Below, one piece after another: positions 1-10,035 of a stretch of 64,000 nt of DNA (position 1 is its first letter; every line of letters begins with the position of its first letter). The stretch is taken from IMG/VR virus record IMGVR_UViG_3300047321_000238, positions 124,001 through 188,000 of that record; one strand, 5' to 3'. The translations under genes were made by a program, and so were the position numbers. The notes under the pieces were generated by a model. That model was not told the origin of the DNA. It saw only the letters and a program-made list of their open reading frames with translations, and did no database searches.

Positions 1-1
1 A

Positions 2-601
2 ATGAATACAAGCAATTTAGTGCCAATGGTTATAGAAAGAGAAGGTAACTCTGAAAGGGCAATGGATTTAATCAGTAGAATGATGAAAGACAGGATTATA
101 TTTCTTAATGGAGAAGTAAATGATATGTCAGCAAATCTATTAGTATCACAACTAATATTTTTAGAAGCAGATAGCCCAAACCAACCAATAACAATGTATA
201 TCAACAGTCCAGGTGGTTCAGTTACTGCAGGACTTGCAATCAAAAATACAATGCATTACGTAAAAAGTCCAGTATGGACAGTAGGAATGGGAATGTGTGC
301 CTCTATGGGAGCATTCTTACTAGCGTCAGGGGAGCCAGGACATAGATCGGTATTGCCAGATACAACGGTAATGATACATCAAGTATTAGGTGGTGCAGAA
401 GGACAAGTTACCGATATGAAATTAAGAGTAGAATTTGCAGAAAGTCTTAAGATTAAATTAAATAAATACCTTTCACAATATACACAAGGAAAAGTAGACT
501 ATGATACAATGGTAGCTCTGTGTGAAAGAGATAATTTTTTAACAGCTGAAAAAGCGTTAGAATTAGGATTAATAGATGAAATAGTAGAAAAACAAGTATA
601 A
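2..601 (+). CDS. clpP: ATP-dependent Clp protease proteolytic subunit
   Basis: YINSPGGSVTAG, GMCASMG (catalytic Ser), MIHQ (His), RDNF (Asp). Confidence 0.96.
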   Translation: MNTSNLVPMVIEREGNSERAMDLISRMMKDRIIFLNGEVNDMSANLLVSQLIFLEADSPNQPITMYINSPGGSVTAGLAIKNTMHYVKSPVWTVGMGMCASMGAFLLASGEPGHRSVLPDTTVMIHQVLGGAEGQVTDMKLRVEFAESLKIKLNKYLSQYTQGKVDYDTMVALCERDNFLTAEKALELGLIDEIVEKQV

Positions 602-616
602 GAGGAGGCATAACTA

Positions 617-1873
617 ATGAGTAATGAAAAGAAAATTTGTGGATTTTGTGGCAAAACAGAAGGAGCAATGATAAGAGGAGTTTCTAGTTTTATATGCTTC
701 GATTGTTTAGGGATTTGTAATGAAAAAATCAAAGGCGTAAAATCTAAAGGAAAACAATTAAAGCTTATAGCTAATTTAAAGCCATCAGCTATTAAAAATA
801 TGTTAAACGAGTACGTAATTGATCAAGATATTGCTAAGGAAAAATTAGCAGTAGCTATTTATAATCATTATAAGATGAATAAGTACTTTGATGAACATGA
901 TGGCAATCCACCAATCGAGATTGAAAAATCTAATGTAATTTTACTAGGTCCAACAGGTTCAGGTAAAACACATATAGTTAAGACATTAGCAAAAGAATTA
1001 GGGATTCCACTTGGAATTGCAGATGCTACTGGATTAACTGAAGCAGGATACGTTGGAGAAGACGTTGAAAATTGTATAAGAAAGTTAATTGAAAATGCAG
1101 ATGGAGACGTAGAAAAAGCAGCTAGAGGAATAATCTATATAGATGAAATCGATAAGATTTGCCGTAAAGGTGAAAATGTCTCTGTTTCAAGAGACGTATC
1201 TGGAGAAGGAGTTCAACAAGCTCTATTAAAATTAGTTGAAGGTACGATTGCAGAAGTTCCACCAAAGGGAGGAAGAAAGCATCCAGATCAAGAATGTATT
1301 AAGATTGATACATCAAGAATACTATTTATAGTAGGAGGATCTTTTGAAGGTATAGAAAAAACTATAGCTAAAAGAAAACAAGGTAAATCTACTATGGGAT
1401 TTGGTTCTAAAATAGTAGATACAAAGAAAGCTGAATTTAATGAATACATCCACGATGTAGTTGTTGATGATATAAAGAAGTTTGGAATGTTACCTGAATT
1501 CTTAGGAAGATTCCCTGTTATAGCTACACTGAATGAATTGAATGAAGAAGCTTTAATTAAAATATTAACCGAGCCAAAAAATTCTTTAGTTAAGCAATAT
1601 ACAGAACTATTAAAGATGGATTCAATCGATCTTATTATTGAACCTGGAGCACTTGCAGCAATAGCACATAAAGCTATTGAAAGAAAAACTGGTGCAAGAA
1701 GTTTAAGAGCAATAGTAGATGAAAAATTACTAGACTACATGTACAAGTTGCCAGATGATGAGTTGGCAGACACGATTACTATAACAAAAGAAGTAATTGA
1801 AGAAAATGCAGAAGCTGTTATAACTCATAGAGAACCAACACCAGAAGAAGAAATTGAACAAATAGCAGAATAA
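617..1873 (+). CDS. clpX: Clp protease ATP-binding subunit ClpX
   Basis: N-terminal C4 zinc finger (CGFC...CFDC), Walker A GPTGSGKT, GYVGEDVE, Walker B IYIDEIDK, RDVSGEGVQQALLK, GRKHP, MGFG loop. Confidence 0.96.
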   Translation: MSNEKKICGFCGKTEGAMIRGVSSFICFDCLGICNEKIKGVKSKGKQLKLIANLKPSAIKNMLNEYVIDQDIAKEKLAVAIYNHYKMNKYFDEHDGNPPIEIEKSNVILLGPTGSGKTHIVKTLAKELGIPLGIADATGLTEAGYVGEDVENCIRKLIENADGDVEKAARGIIYIDEIDKICRKGENVSVSRDVSGEGVQQALLKLVEGTIAEVPPKGGRKHPDQECIKIDTSRILFIVGGSFEGIEKTIAKRKQGKSTMGFGSKIVDTKKAEFNEYIHDVVVDDIKKFGMLPEFLGRFPVIATLNELNEEALIKILTEPKNSLVKQYTELLKMDSIDLIIEPGALAAIAHKAIERKTGARSLRAIVDEKLLDYMYKLPDDELADTITITKEVIEENAEAVITHREPTPEEEIEQIAE

Positions 1874-1927
1874 AAATTATCAAAATATAAAAATAATAAT
1901 ATGAAGAAATTCGAGGAGGAATTAACA

Positions 1928-2500
1928 ATGAATAAATTATCACAAAACTTTTACAACATGATGCAAGAAGGATACAAAATGGCGAAAGGAATTACTGACG
2001 TTAAAGACAGAGCTTTGGTTTTAGCAGAACTTGCTAAAGCTATAGCTATGACAGGATTAGTTGAAGATACAGCAGTATCAGAAGATGCAGCAGAAGCAAC
2101 AGAAACTAAAACAGTAGCTAAAACTGAAAATAAGAAAGCAACAGCAACCGCTAACACAAAGAAAGATTCATTAAAAGCTGATGCAGGAAAAGGAGCAGCT
2201 CCTGCTAAAGAAGTAGTAGAAGAAAAAATTCCTGAAGAAGAAGAAGTTCCAGTTGATGAAACTGTAGTAGCAGACGAAGTTGCCATTGATGAAGAATGGA
2301 CAGAAGAAATGACTACAGCTAAAGCAGAAGCCTTAGAAACACTTAAAGCTTACACTGATGCTTGGGGTGAAGACTATGTATATATTGATTGTGTAAACGC
2401 ATGGTCAGAAGGAGCATTTAGTGGAGCTGATAACATTAGACCAACTAATATAGATGGCTTCATTACTTACTTAGTACAAATTTCTAACCAAGCAGAATAA
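1928..2500 (+). CDS. Hypothetical protein: acidic/Ala-rich linker plus C-terminal domain shared with the Rad52-like protein
   Basis: SD GAGGAGG at 1913-1919 favours ATG 1928; long ORF. Confidence 0.8.
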   Translation: MNKLSQNFYNMMQEGYKMAKGITDVKDRALVLAELAKAIAMTGLVEDTAVSEDAAEATETKTVAKTENKKATATANTKKDSLKADAGKGAAPAKEVVEEKIPEEEEVPVDETVVADEVAIDEEWTEEMTTAKAEALETLKAYTDAWGEDYVYIDCVNAWSEGAFSGADNIRPTNIDGFITYLVQISNQAE

Positions 2501-2511
2501 TTTAAATATAC

Positions 2512-2540
2512 TTGAAAAAGTATCTAATTTATGTTATAAT
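2512..2540 (+). promoter_or_regulatory. SigA-type promoter with extended -10
   Basis: TTGAAA-17 bp-TATAAT with TG at the extended -10 position. Confidence 0.75.
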
Positions 2541-2546
2541 TATATA

Positions 2547-2623
2547 AGATAAAAAACATTGGGTTTTCCATTTCTACATGGATGTAATTAAGCAGATAAA
2601 AGCTTACCCATATTTTTTTATCT
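2547..2623 (+). ncRNA. Candidate structured 5' leader or small RNA upstream of ssb
   Basis: AGATAAAAAA (2547-2556) pairs with TTTTTTATCT (2614-2623); TGGGT/ACCCA closes two small hairpins; begins at the predicted +1. Confidence 0.45.
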
Positions 2624-2716
2624 CATAAATACCCGAAAAATTGGACAAGACACTAATAAAAATTAAAAATAAAATAAATTTATGTGCACGAAGAGAGTGC
2701 AAGAAGGAGAAACAAT

Positions 2717-3166
2717 ATGTCATTAAATAGTTTTAACACAAACGGGAAATTACCACATTTCGAAGGAAACTTTAAAGCAGGAGAAGGAGAAAAGAAATCA
2801 TTCTTATCATGGGCTGTATCAGTTCAAAGAGATTTCAAACCTGCAGACGCTCAATACTATCCAGAAGATTTATTAAACTTTAAAGCTTTCGGACCAACAG
2901 CAGATTTCATTAATAAGTTCTTTGCTCAAGGAGATGGAATCATAATCACAGGAAGAATTCAAAGAGATGATGACTATGAAAAAGATGGTGCTACTGTAAA
3001 AGGTCAAATGTATGTATTAGTTGAAAAAGCATCTTTCGTTGTAGGAAAAGCAGGAGACGGTGGATCAGGTGGTGGTTCTAAACCAGCAGCATCTAAACCA
3101 GCACCAGGAGGAAAACCTCCAGTAGGAACTCCAGGAAAGAAACCAGTAGCTAAAAGACCATTCTAA
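2717..3166 (+). CDS. ssb: Single-stranded DNA-binding protein (OB fold) with basic Pro/Gly/Lys tail
   Basis: AVSVQRDFK, FKAFG, GDGIIITGRIQ pattern of SSB; SD AAGGAG before ATG 2717; ends in PF. Confidence 0.8.
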   Translation: MSLNSFNTNGKLPHFEGNFKAGEGEKKSFLSWAVSVQRDFKPADAQYYPEDLLNFKAFGPTADFINKFFAQGDGIIITGRIQRDDDYEKDGATVKGQMYVLVEKASFVVGKAGDGGSGGGSKPAASKPAPGGKPPVGTPGKKPVAKRPF

Positions 3167-3184
3167 TAATTAGATAATATCTAC

Positions 3185-3206
3185 GAGGGAAGCATTAGTT
3201 TCCCTC
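3185..3206 (+). terminator. Hairpin after ssb
   Basis: GAGGGAA...TTCCCTC stem; weak U-tract. Confidence 0.5.
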
Positions 3207-3237
3207 AATTAATTTATTATTTAAAGGGGAGATACAA

Positions 3238-3678
3238 TTGTCTACAAATGATATTACAATGCAAAAAGAATTAGATGCATTAGATAAAATGCAAAAGGAA
3301 TTAACAGATCAATTAGATAAGCAGTTAAAAGATGAAGAAGAAATTATTCAAGCTATTCAACAAATATCTTCAAGCTTAACTATTTATGAAAAAGCAAATA
3401 CAGAGATTAATGGTACTAAATATATGGTAAAGACAACTCTAGTTGAAACAGGCGAAACTATACTAAATGACAAAGGGAAACCAGTAATTAAAAGAGAAAT
3501 TGTTCTAATGGCATCAGATATATTAAAAGCTGAAATCATGAGAGGAAAATATCTACCTTTAGTTGCGAGAGTCACTTATAATTATGATTTAACTATGAAA
3601 GGTAACATTACTGCCGCTGTAGAAGGCTGGATTCGTCATATTACTGATACTGTTAAACCTGAAATGCTAGAAAGTTAA
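3238..3678 (+). CDS. Hypothetical protein (N-terminal coiled coil)
   Basis: SD AAGGGGAG before TTG; 146-aa ORF. Confidence 0.7.
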   Translation: MSTNDITMQKELDALDKMQKELTDQLDKQLKDEEEIIQAIQQISSSLTIYEKANTEINGTKYMVKTTLVETGETILNDKGKPVIKREIVLMASDILKAEIMRGKYLPLVARVTYNYDLTMKGNITAAVEGWIRHITDTVKPEMLES

Positions 3679-3687
3679 GGTGAGATT

Positions 3688-3948
3688 ATGAAAGAACAAA
3701 AAAAACCAGCTCATGTATTAGGAAACATAGTAAGATGTCCTAAGTATATTTTATGTCCATTATGTTATGGATGTAGAGCTTATAGTTCTTCTGATTTAGA
3801 TTGCAAGAAATGTGAAGAAAATAAAAAAAGAGATATTTGTAACGTCTCTCTTCATACTGATTCAGTTGTGTCTAGATTTATTTCAAAAAATGTTACAGAA
3901 TTAGATGGAGAAGTTAAATTCGAATCTAATCATGGAAGGGGGAACTAA
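3688..3948 (+). CDS. Small Cys-rich (zinc-binding) protein
   Basis: CxxC-type motifs CPLC, CKKC; SD upstream. Confidence 0.65.
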   Translation: MKEQKKPAHVLGNIVRCPKYILCPLCYGCRAYSSSDLDCKKCEENKKRDICNVSLHTDSVVSRFISKNVTELDGEVKFESNHGRGN

Positions 3949-3949
3949 A

Positions 3950-5845
3950 TTGGCAGAAGACGTACAACAAGCCCAAATAAGTGTCTTAGAGTTTCCAGTG
4001 AATGTTAGGACACGTAAAGGAATGTATATATCTAATAGAAATCAATGTGTTACCGAAATAGTTGATAACAGTGTTGATGAACATGTCGCAGGACATTGTA
4101 TGAATATTGCTGTTATTCTTGATGAGATTAATAAGCAATATATTGTACAAGATGATGGTAGAGGAATTCCAGTTACTGAACATGCAAGTTATCCAGGTAA
4201 ATCTCAAGTAGAGATTGCTTTCACTACATTACATGGTGGAGGTAAGTTCGGAAAAGATGATGGATATGCTGCGAAAACTGGAGGAATGAATGGAGTTGGA
4301 GGTAGTTGTGTACAAGCACTATCTGAAACAATGTGCATTCAAGTAGCAACTGGAGGCAATAAATATCAAATTGATTTTGCTAAAGGTTATGTTACTGAAA
4401 AAATAAGAGTCATTGAAGAGAACGTAGAGGAAAGAGGAACTACAGTATTCTTTACATTAGATGAAGATGTATGGTCAGATTCAGAACCTATTAATACTAA
4501 ATCATTAAGAAAAAGACTTAAGCAATTGTCTTATCTTAATCCAGGTTTATCAATGTATTTCTTTGAAAAAGGTCCAGAATCAGAACCAGAACAGTTCTGT
4601 TATCCTGAAGGATTCAAGACTTATGTTGAAGAATTAACAGCGAATAAGAAAAGAATTACTGACATAGTTAGTATCAAAACTTCAGTTAATGATATTGATA
4701 TACAATTAGGTTTAACTTATACAGATGCGTATAATGATGAAACTTATACTTTCTGTAATAATATGTTCACTGTAGATAATGGTGATCACTTAACAGGGTT
4801 CACTATGGGACTTGCATCAGCTGTCAAAAAATACATGGCTGATTATAAAATTGCGTTTGAAATTAAGAATGATGACATAAAAGAAGGATTAGTTGGAGTT
4901 ATAGCTGTAAGAGTTGCAAATCCAAACTTTGTAGGTCAAGCGAAATCCAAATTAGAAATGAAGTCTGTTAAAGATGCAGTAAAGAATATTACTGAAGATG
5001 CAGTTTATGACTATATGGATAAGAATCCTGAAATAGCTAAAACAATCATTAATAAAATAGAATCTGCGAGTAAAGCTAGAATTGCAGCGGCAAAAGCTAG
5101 AGATATTAGTCGTAAAGGGAAAAGCTTAATTGAAGGTGGAGTTCCAGCAAAATTAGCCGAGTGCTCTTCTAAGAAACCAGAAGAATGCGAAATCTATATT
5201 GTCGAAGGAGATTCAGCTGGAGGAACTGCAAAACAAGGTCGAGATAGAAAGTTCCAAGCGATTCTACCTGTATTCGGGAAAATATTAAATGTTGAAAAGC
5301 AACGACTAACTTCTATTATATCTAACGAGAAAATAGGATTAGCTGTTAAGGCATTTAAGACTGGTATAGGAGAAGATTTTGATATTACTAAATGTAGATA
5401 TCATAAGATTATTATAATGTCGGATGCCGATGTCGATGGCTTACACATTCAATGTCTATGGGCAACTTGTTTCTATAGATTCTTACGTCCGTTAATCGAA
5501 GCAGGATATGTTTATTTTGCTGCACCACCATTATTCAAATTGACTTTAAATATTGGTAAGAAAAATGAAGTATCTAAGTATGCTTATTCAGATGAAGAAA
5601 GAGATCAAATTGCTGAAGAGATGGGCCCAAGTGTTGAAATTCAAAGATACAAAGGATTAGGAGAAATGAATGCAACTCAGTTATGGGATACAACTATGAA
5701 TCCTGCAACTAGAAGATTGTATAAATTGAATCTAGAAGATGCTGAAGCTTGCGAACAAGCAATCTCTCTTTGTATGAGTGAAGATACTAATGCAAGAAAA
5801 GAATGGATAATGGAAAATGGAGAACAGTCTACTATTGACGTATAA
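3950..5845 (+). CDS. gyrB: DNA gyrase subunit B
   Basis: EIVDNSVDE, DDGRGIP, TOPRIM VEGDSAGG, DADVDG, QRYKGLGEMN; SD AAGGGGG favours TTG 3950. Confidence 0.95.
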   Translation: MAEDVQQAQISVLEFPVNVRTRKGMYISNRNQCVTEIVDNSVDEHVAGHCMNIAVILDEINKQYIVQDDGRGIPVTEHASYPGKSQVEIAFTTLHGGGKFGKDDGYAAKTGGMNGVGGSCVQALSETMCIQVATGGNKYQIDFAKGYVTEKIRVIEENVEERGTTVFFTLDEDVWSDSEPINTKSLRKRLKQLSYLNPGLSMYFFEKGPESEPEQFCYPEGFKTYVEELTANKKRITDIVSIKTSVNDIDIQLGLTYTDAYNDETYTFCNNMFTVDNGDHLTGFTMGLASAVKKYMADYKIAFEIKNDDIKEGLVGVIAVRVANPNFVGQAKSKLEMKSVKDAVKNITEDAVYDYMDKNPEIAKTIINKIESASKARIAAAKARDISRKGKSLIEGGVPAKLAECSSKKPEECEIYIVEGDSAGGTAKQGRDRKFQAILPVFGKILNVEKQRLTSIISNEKIGLAVKAFKTGIGEDFDITKCRYHKIIIMSDADVDGLHIQCLWATCFYRFLRPLIEAGYVYFAAPPLFKLTLNIGKKNEVSKYAYSDEERDQIAEEMGPSVEIQRYKGLGEMNATQLWDTTMNPATRRLYKLNLEDAEACEQAISLCMSEDTNARKEWIMENGEQSTIDV

Positions 5846-5860
5846 GAAGGAGGTTAAATA

Positions 5861-8404
5861 GTGAGTGACGAAACAACATATATAGAAGAGCAAGCAAGCG
5901 AAACAATTGCATTAATAGAACAAAATATTATAAATGTATCTTTGGCGGAAATCGTACCGCCAAGGTTCTTAGATTATGCGATGTATGTTATTAAAGATAG
6001 AGCTCTTCCAGATACAAGAGACGGCTTAAAGCCAGTTCATAGAAGAATACTTTTTGGTATGTATGAACTAGGACTTGCACCAAATAAGGCTTATAAAAAA
6101 TGTGCAAGAAGTGTCGGAGATGTTTTAGGTAAATATCATCCTCACGGTGATACGTCTGTTTATCAAGCCATGGTAGTTCTAGCACAAGAATTTTCAACTA
6201 GATATCCTTTAGTTGATATTCATGGAAATTCTGGTTCTGTTGATGGTGACGGAGCAGCGGCAATGAGATACACAGAAGGTAGGTTATCACCTATAGGTTA
6301 TGAAATGTTGAAAGACATTAATAAGAATGTTATAGATTTTAAACCAAACTACGATGGTTCTGAAAGAGAACCAGTAGTATTAGGTTCGTTGTTACCTACA
6401 ATGCTTATGAATGGATCATTCGGTATAGCTGTAGGACTTGCAACTAAAATGCCTTCTCATAACTTACATGATATTTATTCAGCTTGTTATTATGTTATAG
6501 AACAAGCTTTGTTAGAACAAGAACCAGACGAAGAAGAAGTTATTAATTTAATAAAAGCACCAGACTTTGCTACAGGTGGAACTATTATTGGTTTATCTGG
6601 AGTTAAACAAGGTTATAGAACTGGTCAAGGTAAAGTTATTATTCGTAGTAAATATAATGTAGAAGCAGATGGAACTATCATTATATATGAAATACCATAC
6701 AAAGTTAACAAAGCTAATATGGTTGAAGATATAAGAAAGCGTGCTAATAAGTACAAAGATGGTTCTGGCAAAGAAAAAGAAGCTGACTTTCCAGAGGTAA
6801 AAGAAATTAGAGATGAATCAGATAAAGATGGTCTTAGGGTAGTAATCGAAACTAAAAAAGATGCTAATGTTCAGCTATTAATTAATAAATTGATTAAGAA
6901 CTCTTCATTTCAAATTAACTATAGTATGAATATGAATGCTTTAGTAGATAAGAAACCTGAGACATTAACTTTAATGCAATTATTAGAGCAATTTTTAGCT
7001 CATGCAACTTCTATAATAATTAGAAGAAGTGAGTTTGACTTAGATAAATATTCTAAGAGAATTAATTTAGTTAATGGTATTTTAAGATTATTTGAAATAG
7101 ATCCTGAAGATGAATCTGGAGAGTTTGAATTACTTGATAGAGTTATTGATACAATCAGAACTGCTGAAGATCCAATTGCAGCGTTAGGAAATATAGGATT
7201 CAATCAAGAACAAGCTGAATATATATGTGAAATGAAACTTAGACAACTAAGTAATGTTTCTCAAGAGAGATTTACTACAGAAAGAGATACTTTAACTGTA
7301 GAAATCGATAAGCTTAATGCTATATTAAATGATAACTCTTGTTTATTAAGTACTTTAAAAAGCGAATTTGAAGCTCTTGATGCGAAGTATTCTGATGAAA
7401 GAAGAAGTGATATAGTAGCTGGAGAAGGTTCTATTGATGATGAAGATTTAATTGAAGATGAAACTTTGATTATAACTTATACATCTGATGGAATCATTAA
7501 AGCAGTTGAAGAAGGAGAATACAAATCTCAAAAGAGAGGCGGTAAAGGTGTCAAAGGTGCCAATACCAAAGATGATGAAATGATTAAGTTCATGTTTACA
7601 TCTGGCTCTAAAGATGATTTATTATTCTTTACAACCGAAGGAAGATGTCATACATTAAAAGCTTATAAGATAGGAAAGTCTTCTAAGATAGCAAAAGGAA
7701 AGAGCATTAACAATTATTTAAGCTTAAATATAGGTGAGAAAATAGTTAGTGTGATTAATGCAAATCTTAAAGATAAAGAGAATAACTTACTGTTTGTAAC
7801 AAGACAAGGTTATATCAAGAGATTATCTGTAGAGCAATTATCAACTAAGTTCAACGTAACAAAGGTAATCGGATTTAAAAATGAAGAGGACCAATTAGTT
7901 GAAACACTGTTATCTAAGGGTGAAAGTGTTATTGTTGTAACACGTAAAGGTATGTCTATCAGAATAGATAGTAGTACTATTACGTCTCAAGGAAGAGCTG
8001 CAACAGGAGTTATAGGCATTGACTTAGGAAAAGGTGATGAAGTAATGGATATGTGTATAGTTAATGATGAAGATCTTATATTAACTATCACAGAAAATGG
8101 TTTAGGAAAGAAAACCAAAGCTTCAGAATGGACTATTATAAGAAGAGGAGGAAAAGGCGTGAAGGCTCATAGTGTTTCAGAGAAGACAGGTAATATCATT
8201 GCTGTATTAACAGCAGATAAAACTGATGAATTATTTGTTGCAACTGAACAAGGCCAAATCACAAGAATTCCTACTACAGGTATTAGAACTTGTGGAAGAT
8301 CGTCTGTTGGAGTTAAGGTTATAAATCTTAATGATAATGATAAGGTTGCCTCTGTTTCTATTAATAAGAACGAAGATGAAGAAGAAATTTTAGTAGAAGA
8401 ATAA
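5861..8404 (+). CDS. gyrA: DNA gyrase subunit A
   Basis: [30 protein letters not shown] (catalytic Tyr), GyrA-box QKRGGKG, beta-pinwheel repeats. Confidence 0.95.
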   Translation: MSDETTYIEEQASETIALIEQNIINVSLAEIVPPRFLDYAMYVIKDRALPDTRDGLKPVHRRILFGMYELGLAPNKAYKKCARSVGDVLGKYHPHGDTSVYQAMVVLAQEFSTRYPLVDIHGNSGSVDGDGAAAMRYTEGRLSPIGYEMLKDINKNVIDFKPNYDGSEREPVVLGSLLPTMLMNGSFGIAVGLATKMPSHNLHDIYSACYYVIEQALLEQEPDEEEVINLIKAPDFATGGTIIGLSGVKQGYRTGQGKVIIRSKYNVEADGTIIIYEIPYKVNKANMVEDIRKRANKYKDGSGKEKEADFPEVKEIRDESDKDGLRVVIETKKDANVQLLINKLIKNSSFQINYSMNMNALVDKKPETLTLMQLLEQFLAHATSIIIRRSEFDLDKYSKRINLVNGILRLFEIDPEDESGEFELLDRVIDTIRTAEDPIAALGNIGFNQEQAEYICEMKLRQLSNVSQERFTTERDTLTVEIDKLNAILNDNSCLLSTLKSEFEALDAKYSDERRSDIVAGEGSIDDEDLIEDETLIITYTSDGIIKAVEEGEYKSQKRGGKGVKGANTKDDEMIKFMFTSGSKDDLLFFTTEGRCHTLKAYKIGKSSKIAKGKSINNYLSLNIGEKIVSVINANLKDKENNLLFVTRQGYIKRLSVEQLSTKFNVTKVIGFKNEEDQLVETLLSKGESVIVVTRKGMSIRIDSSTITSQGRAATGVIGIDLGKGDEVMDMCIVNDEDLILTITENGLGKKTKASEWTIIRRGGKGVKAHSVSEKTGNIIAVLTADKTDELFVATEQGQITRIPTTGIRTCGRSSVGVKVINLNDNDKVASVSINKNEDEEEILVEE

Positions 8405-8443
8405 TGGGTGGTTCACACTGCCCTTAGTATTATTGGGGGTAGT

Positions 8444-9655
8444 ATGAACAATCTTAAAAAGAAACTAAAGTTAAATAAAGATCTTTATGAGGATATGACT
8501 TGTGAAGAAGCAATGGAAAGATATGAACCATATTTAAGAAAGAAAGCAATTGATTTTAGTCGTTATGCAGAACAAAGATATTTTAAACATTGTTATGCAT
8601 TTACTATTGAAGATTTTAAACAAGTTGCATCTTTAGGATTTGCTAAAGCTTTTGAAAAATACGACTTAGATAAAGATATAAATTTCTATACGTATATGCC
8701 ATGGATTGTGAAAGGTGATATATTAAGATATATTAGAGACACTGTTAAAGCTAGACTTTTGTCAGCAGGAAAAGCTGAGTATGGTTTTAGAGACATTCCT
8801 TTAGATTCTGATATGGATAGTAATCGATATGGTGGAGGAGATAGTAAAGTACATTTACAAGAAACTATACCAGATGAGCATGATTACATTGAGGAATTTA
8901 TAGACAATGATTTACTGAAAGATTTAATGTCTTTATTGACACCCAAAGAAAGAATGTTAATTGAATTGCAATTTGTTCATGGAAAAACACAAGTTCAAAT
9001 TGCAGATACACTTGGCATAACTCAAGTTCAAGTTAGTAGATTATCAAAAAAAGGTTTATTAAAAATGAGAGAACATATAAAAATCCATAAGGAAAAGGAA
9101 GAGGGGAACATTATGATAAAGCTAAAACCATCAATAAATGACATTGTAGTTTATTTTGAAACACACGCAACTAAAGAAGTAGCTTTTAGTACAACCACAA
9201 ATAAACTAGCTCGTGATAAAGACTTATCTGTTAGTACAATATTGAAGATTATAAAAGCAAGTGATAAAGAAGATTATTTGAAATATCTATGTAAGCCATC
9301 TCAATCACTTATTAAAAAACATGTTAACATAGCTGAAATCGAAGCTAAAGGTATCGAGGAATCTACAGCTGATAATGCTGTTTGTATCGATGAGCTAAGA
9401 ACAGAAAATGTTAAAAGAATTTTAGAAGATACTCCAGGTGCTGTCGTTGAAACGACTACTCCTGAAAGTGTACTTGATGGAGTAAAAATTGAATACTTAA
9501 CAGTAAGATTCAACAATGATAATATAGCTACTTATTCTGATAAAGAAATTAAAGTAGATAACTTTGCACAATGGAACACTAAAGAGCAATTAGTAGAATG
9601 TAAAAATAATATGGAAAAAGCTTTAGAAATATATGATTTTCTATTTAGTAAATAG
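8444..9655 (+). CDS. SigF/SigG/SigB-family RNA polymerase sigma factor with about 180-aa C-terminal extension
   Basis: Region 2 EDFKQVASLGFAKAFEKYD...FYTY...GDILRYIRD; region 4 TQVQIADTLGITQVQVSRL as in sporulation sigmas. Confidence 0.85.
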   Translation: MNNLKKKLKLNKDLYEDMTCEEAMERYEPYLRKKAIDFSRYAEQRYFKHCYAFTIEDFKQVASLGFAKAFEKYDLDKDINFYTYMPWIVKGDILRYIRDTVKARLLSAGKAEYGFRDIPLDSDMDSNRYGGGDSKVHLQETIPDEHDYIEEFIDNDLLKDLMSLLTPKERMLIELQFVHGKTQVQIADTLGITQVQVSRLSKKGLLKMREHIKIHKEKEEGNIMIKLKPSINDIVVYFETHATKEVAFSTTTNKLARDKDLSVSTILKIIKASDKEDYLKYLCKPSQSLIKKHVNIAEIEAKGIEESTADNAVCIDELRTENVKRILEDTPGAVVETTTPESVLDGVKIEYLTVRFNNDNIATYSDKEIKVDNFAQWNTKEQLVECKNNMEKALEIYDFLFSK

Positions 9656-9689
9656 TAGAAATATAATATAATAGTTAGGAGGTGATAAA

Positions 9690-10019
9690 ATGTCGTCAGA
9701 AAATTTCGAGGAGATAAGAAATGGACTAACTAATTATATGTTTTCTTGCTTATCAGCTATGCCGTATGAAGGCAATGAGGCCAAGCATTTCCTAGTATCT
9801 ATAATGACAGAAGAATCGCTTAAAATAGCGAAAGATTCAGACAATAACATTAATATGTTTGCTATAAAACCAATACTTAGAGCATGTATCGTTATATTTA
9901 CAGAAAGATTGACAGCATTAGAAGATATAGATTCCTCCGAATTAATTATAAAACAAATTAATAATTACAACGAACTGATTAGTACACTAAATGGTTTGAT
10001 TGATAATATAAAAGAATAG
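9690..10019 (+). CDS. Hypothetical protein
   Basis: SD AGGAGG; 109-aa ORF. Confidence 0.7.
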   Translation: MSSENFEEIRNGLTNYMFSCLSAMPYEGNEAKHFLVSIMTEESLKIAKDSDNNINMFAIKPILRACIVIFTERLTALEDIDSSELIIKQINNYNELISTLNGLIDNIKE

Positions 10020-10035
10020 ATGGAGGATACTGTAT

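Noticed and set aside
2547-2623. tRNA (77-nt branched structure)
   Set aside because: No T-loop or D-loop consensus, no CCA, and only two hairpin arms.
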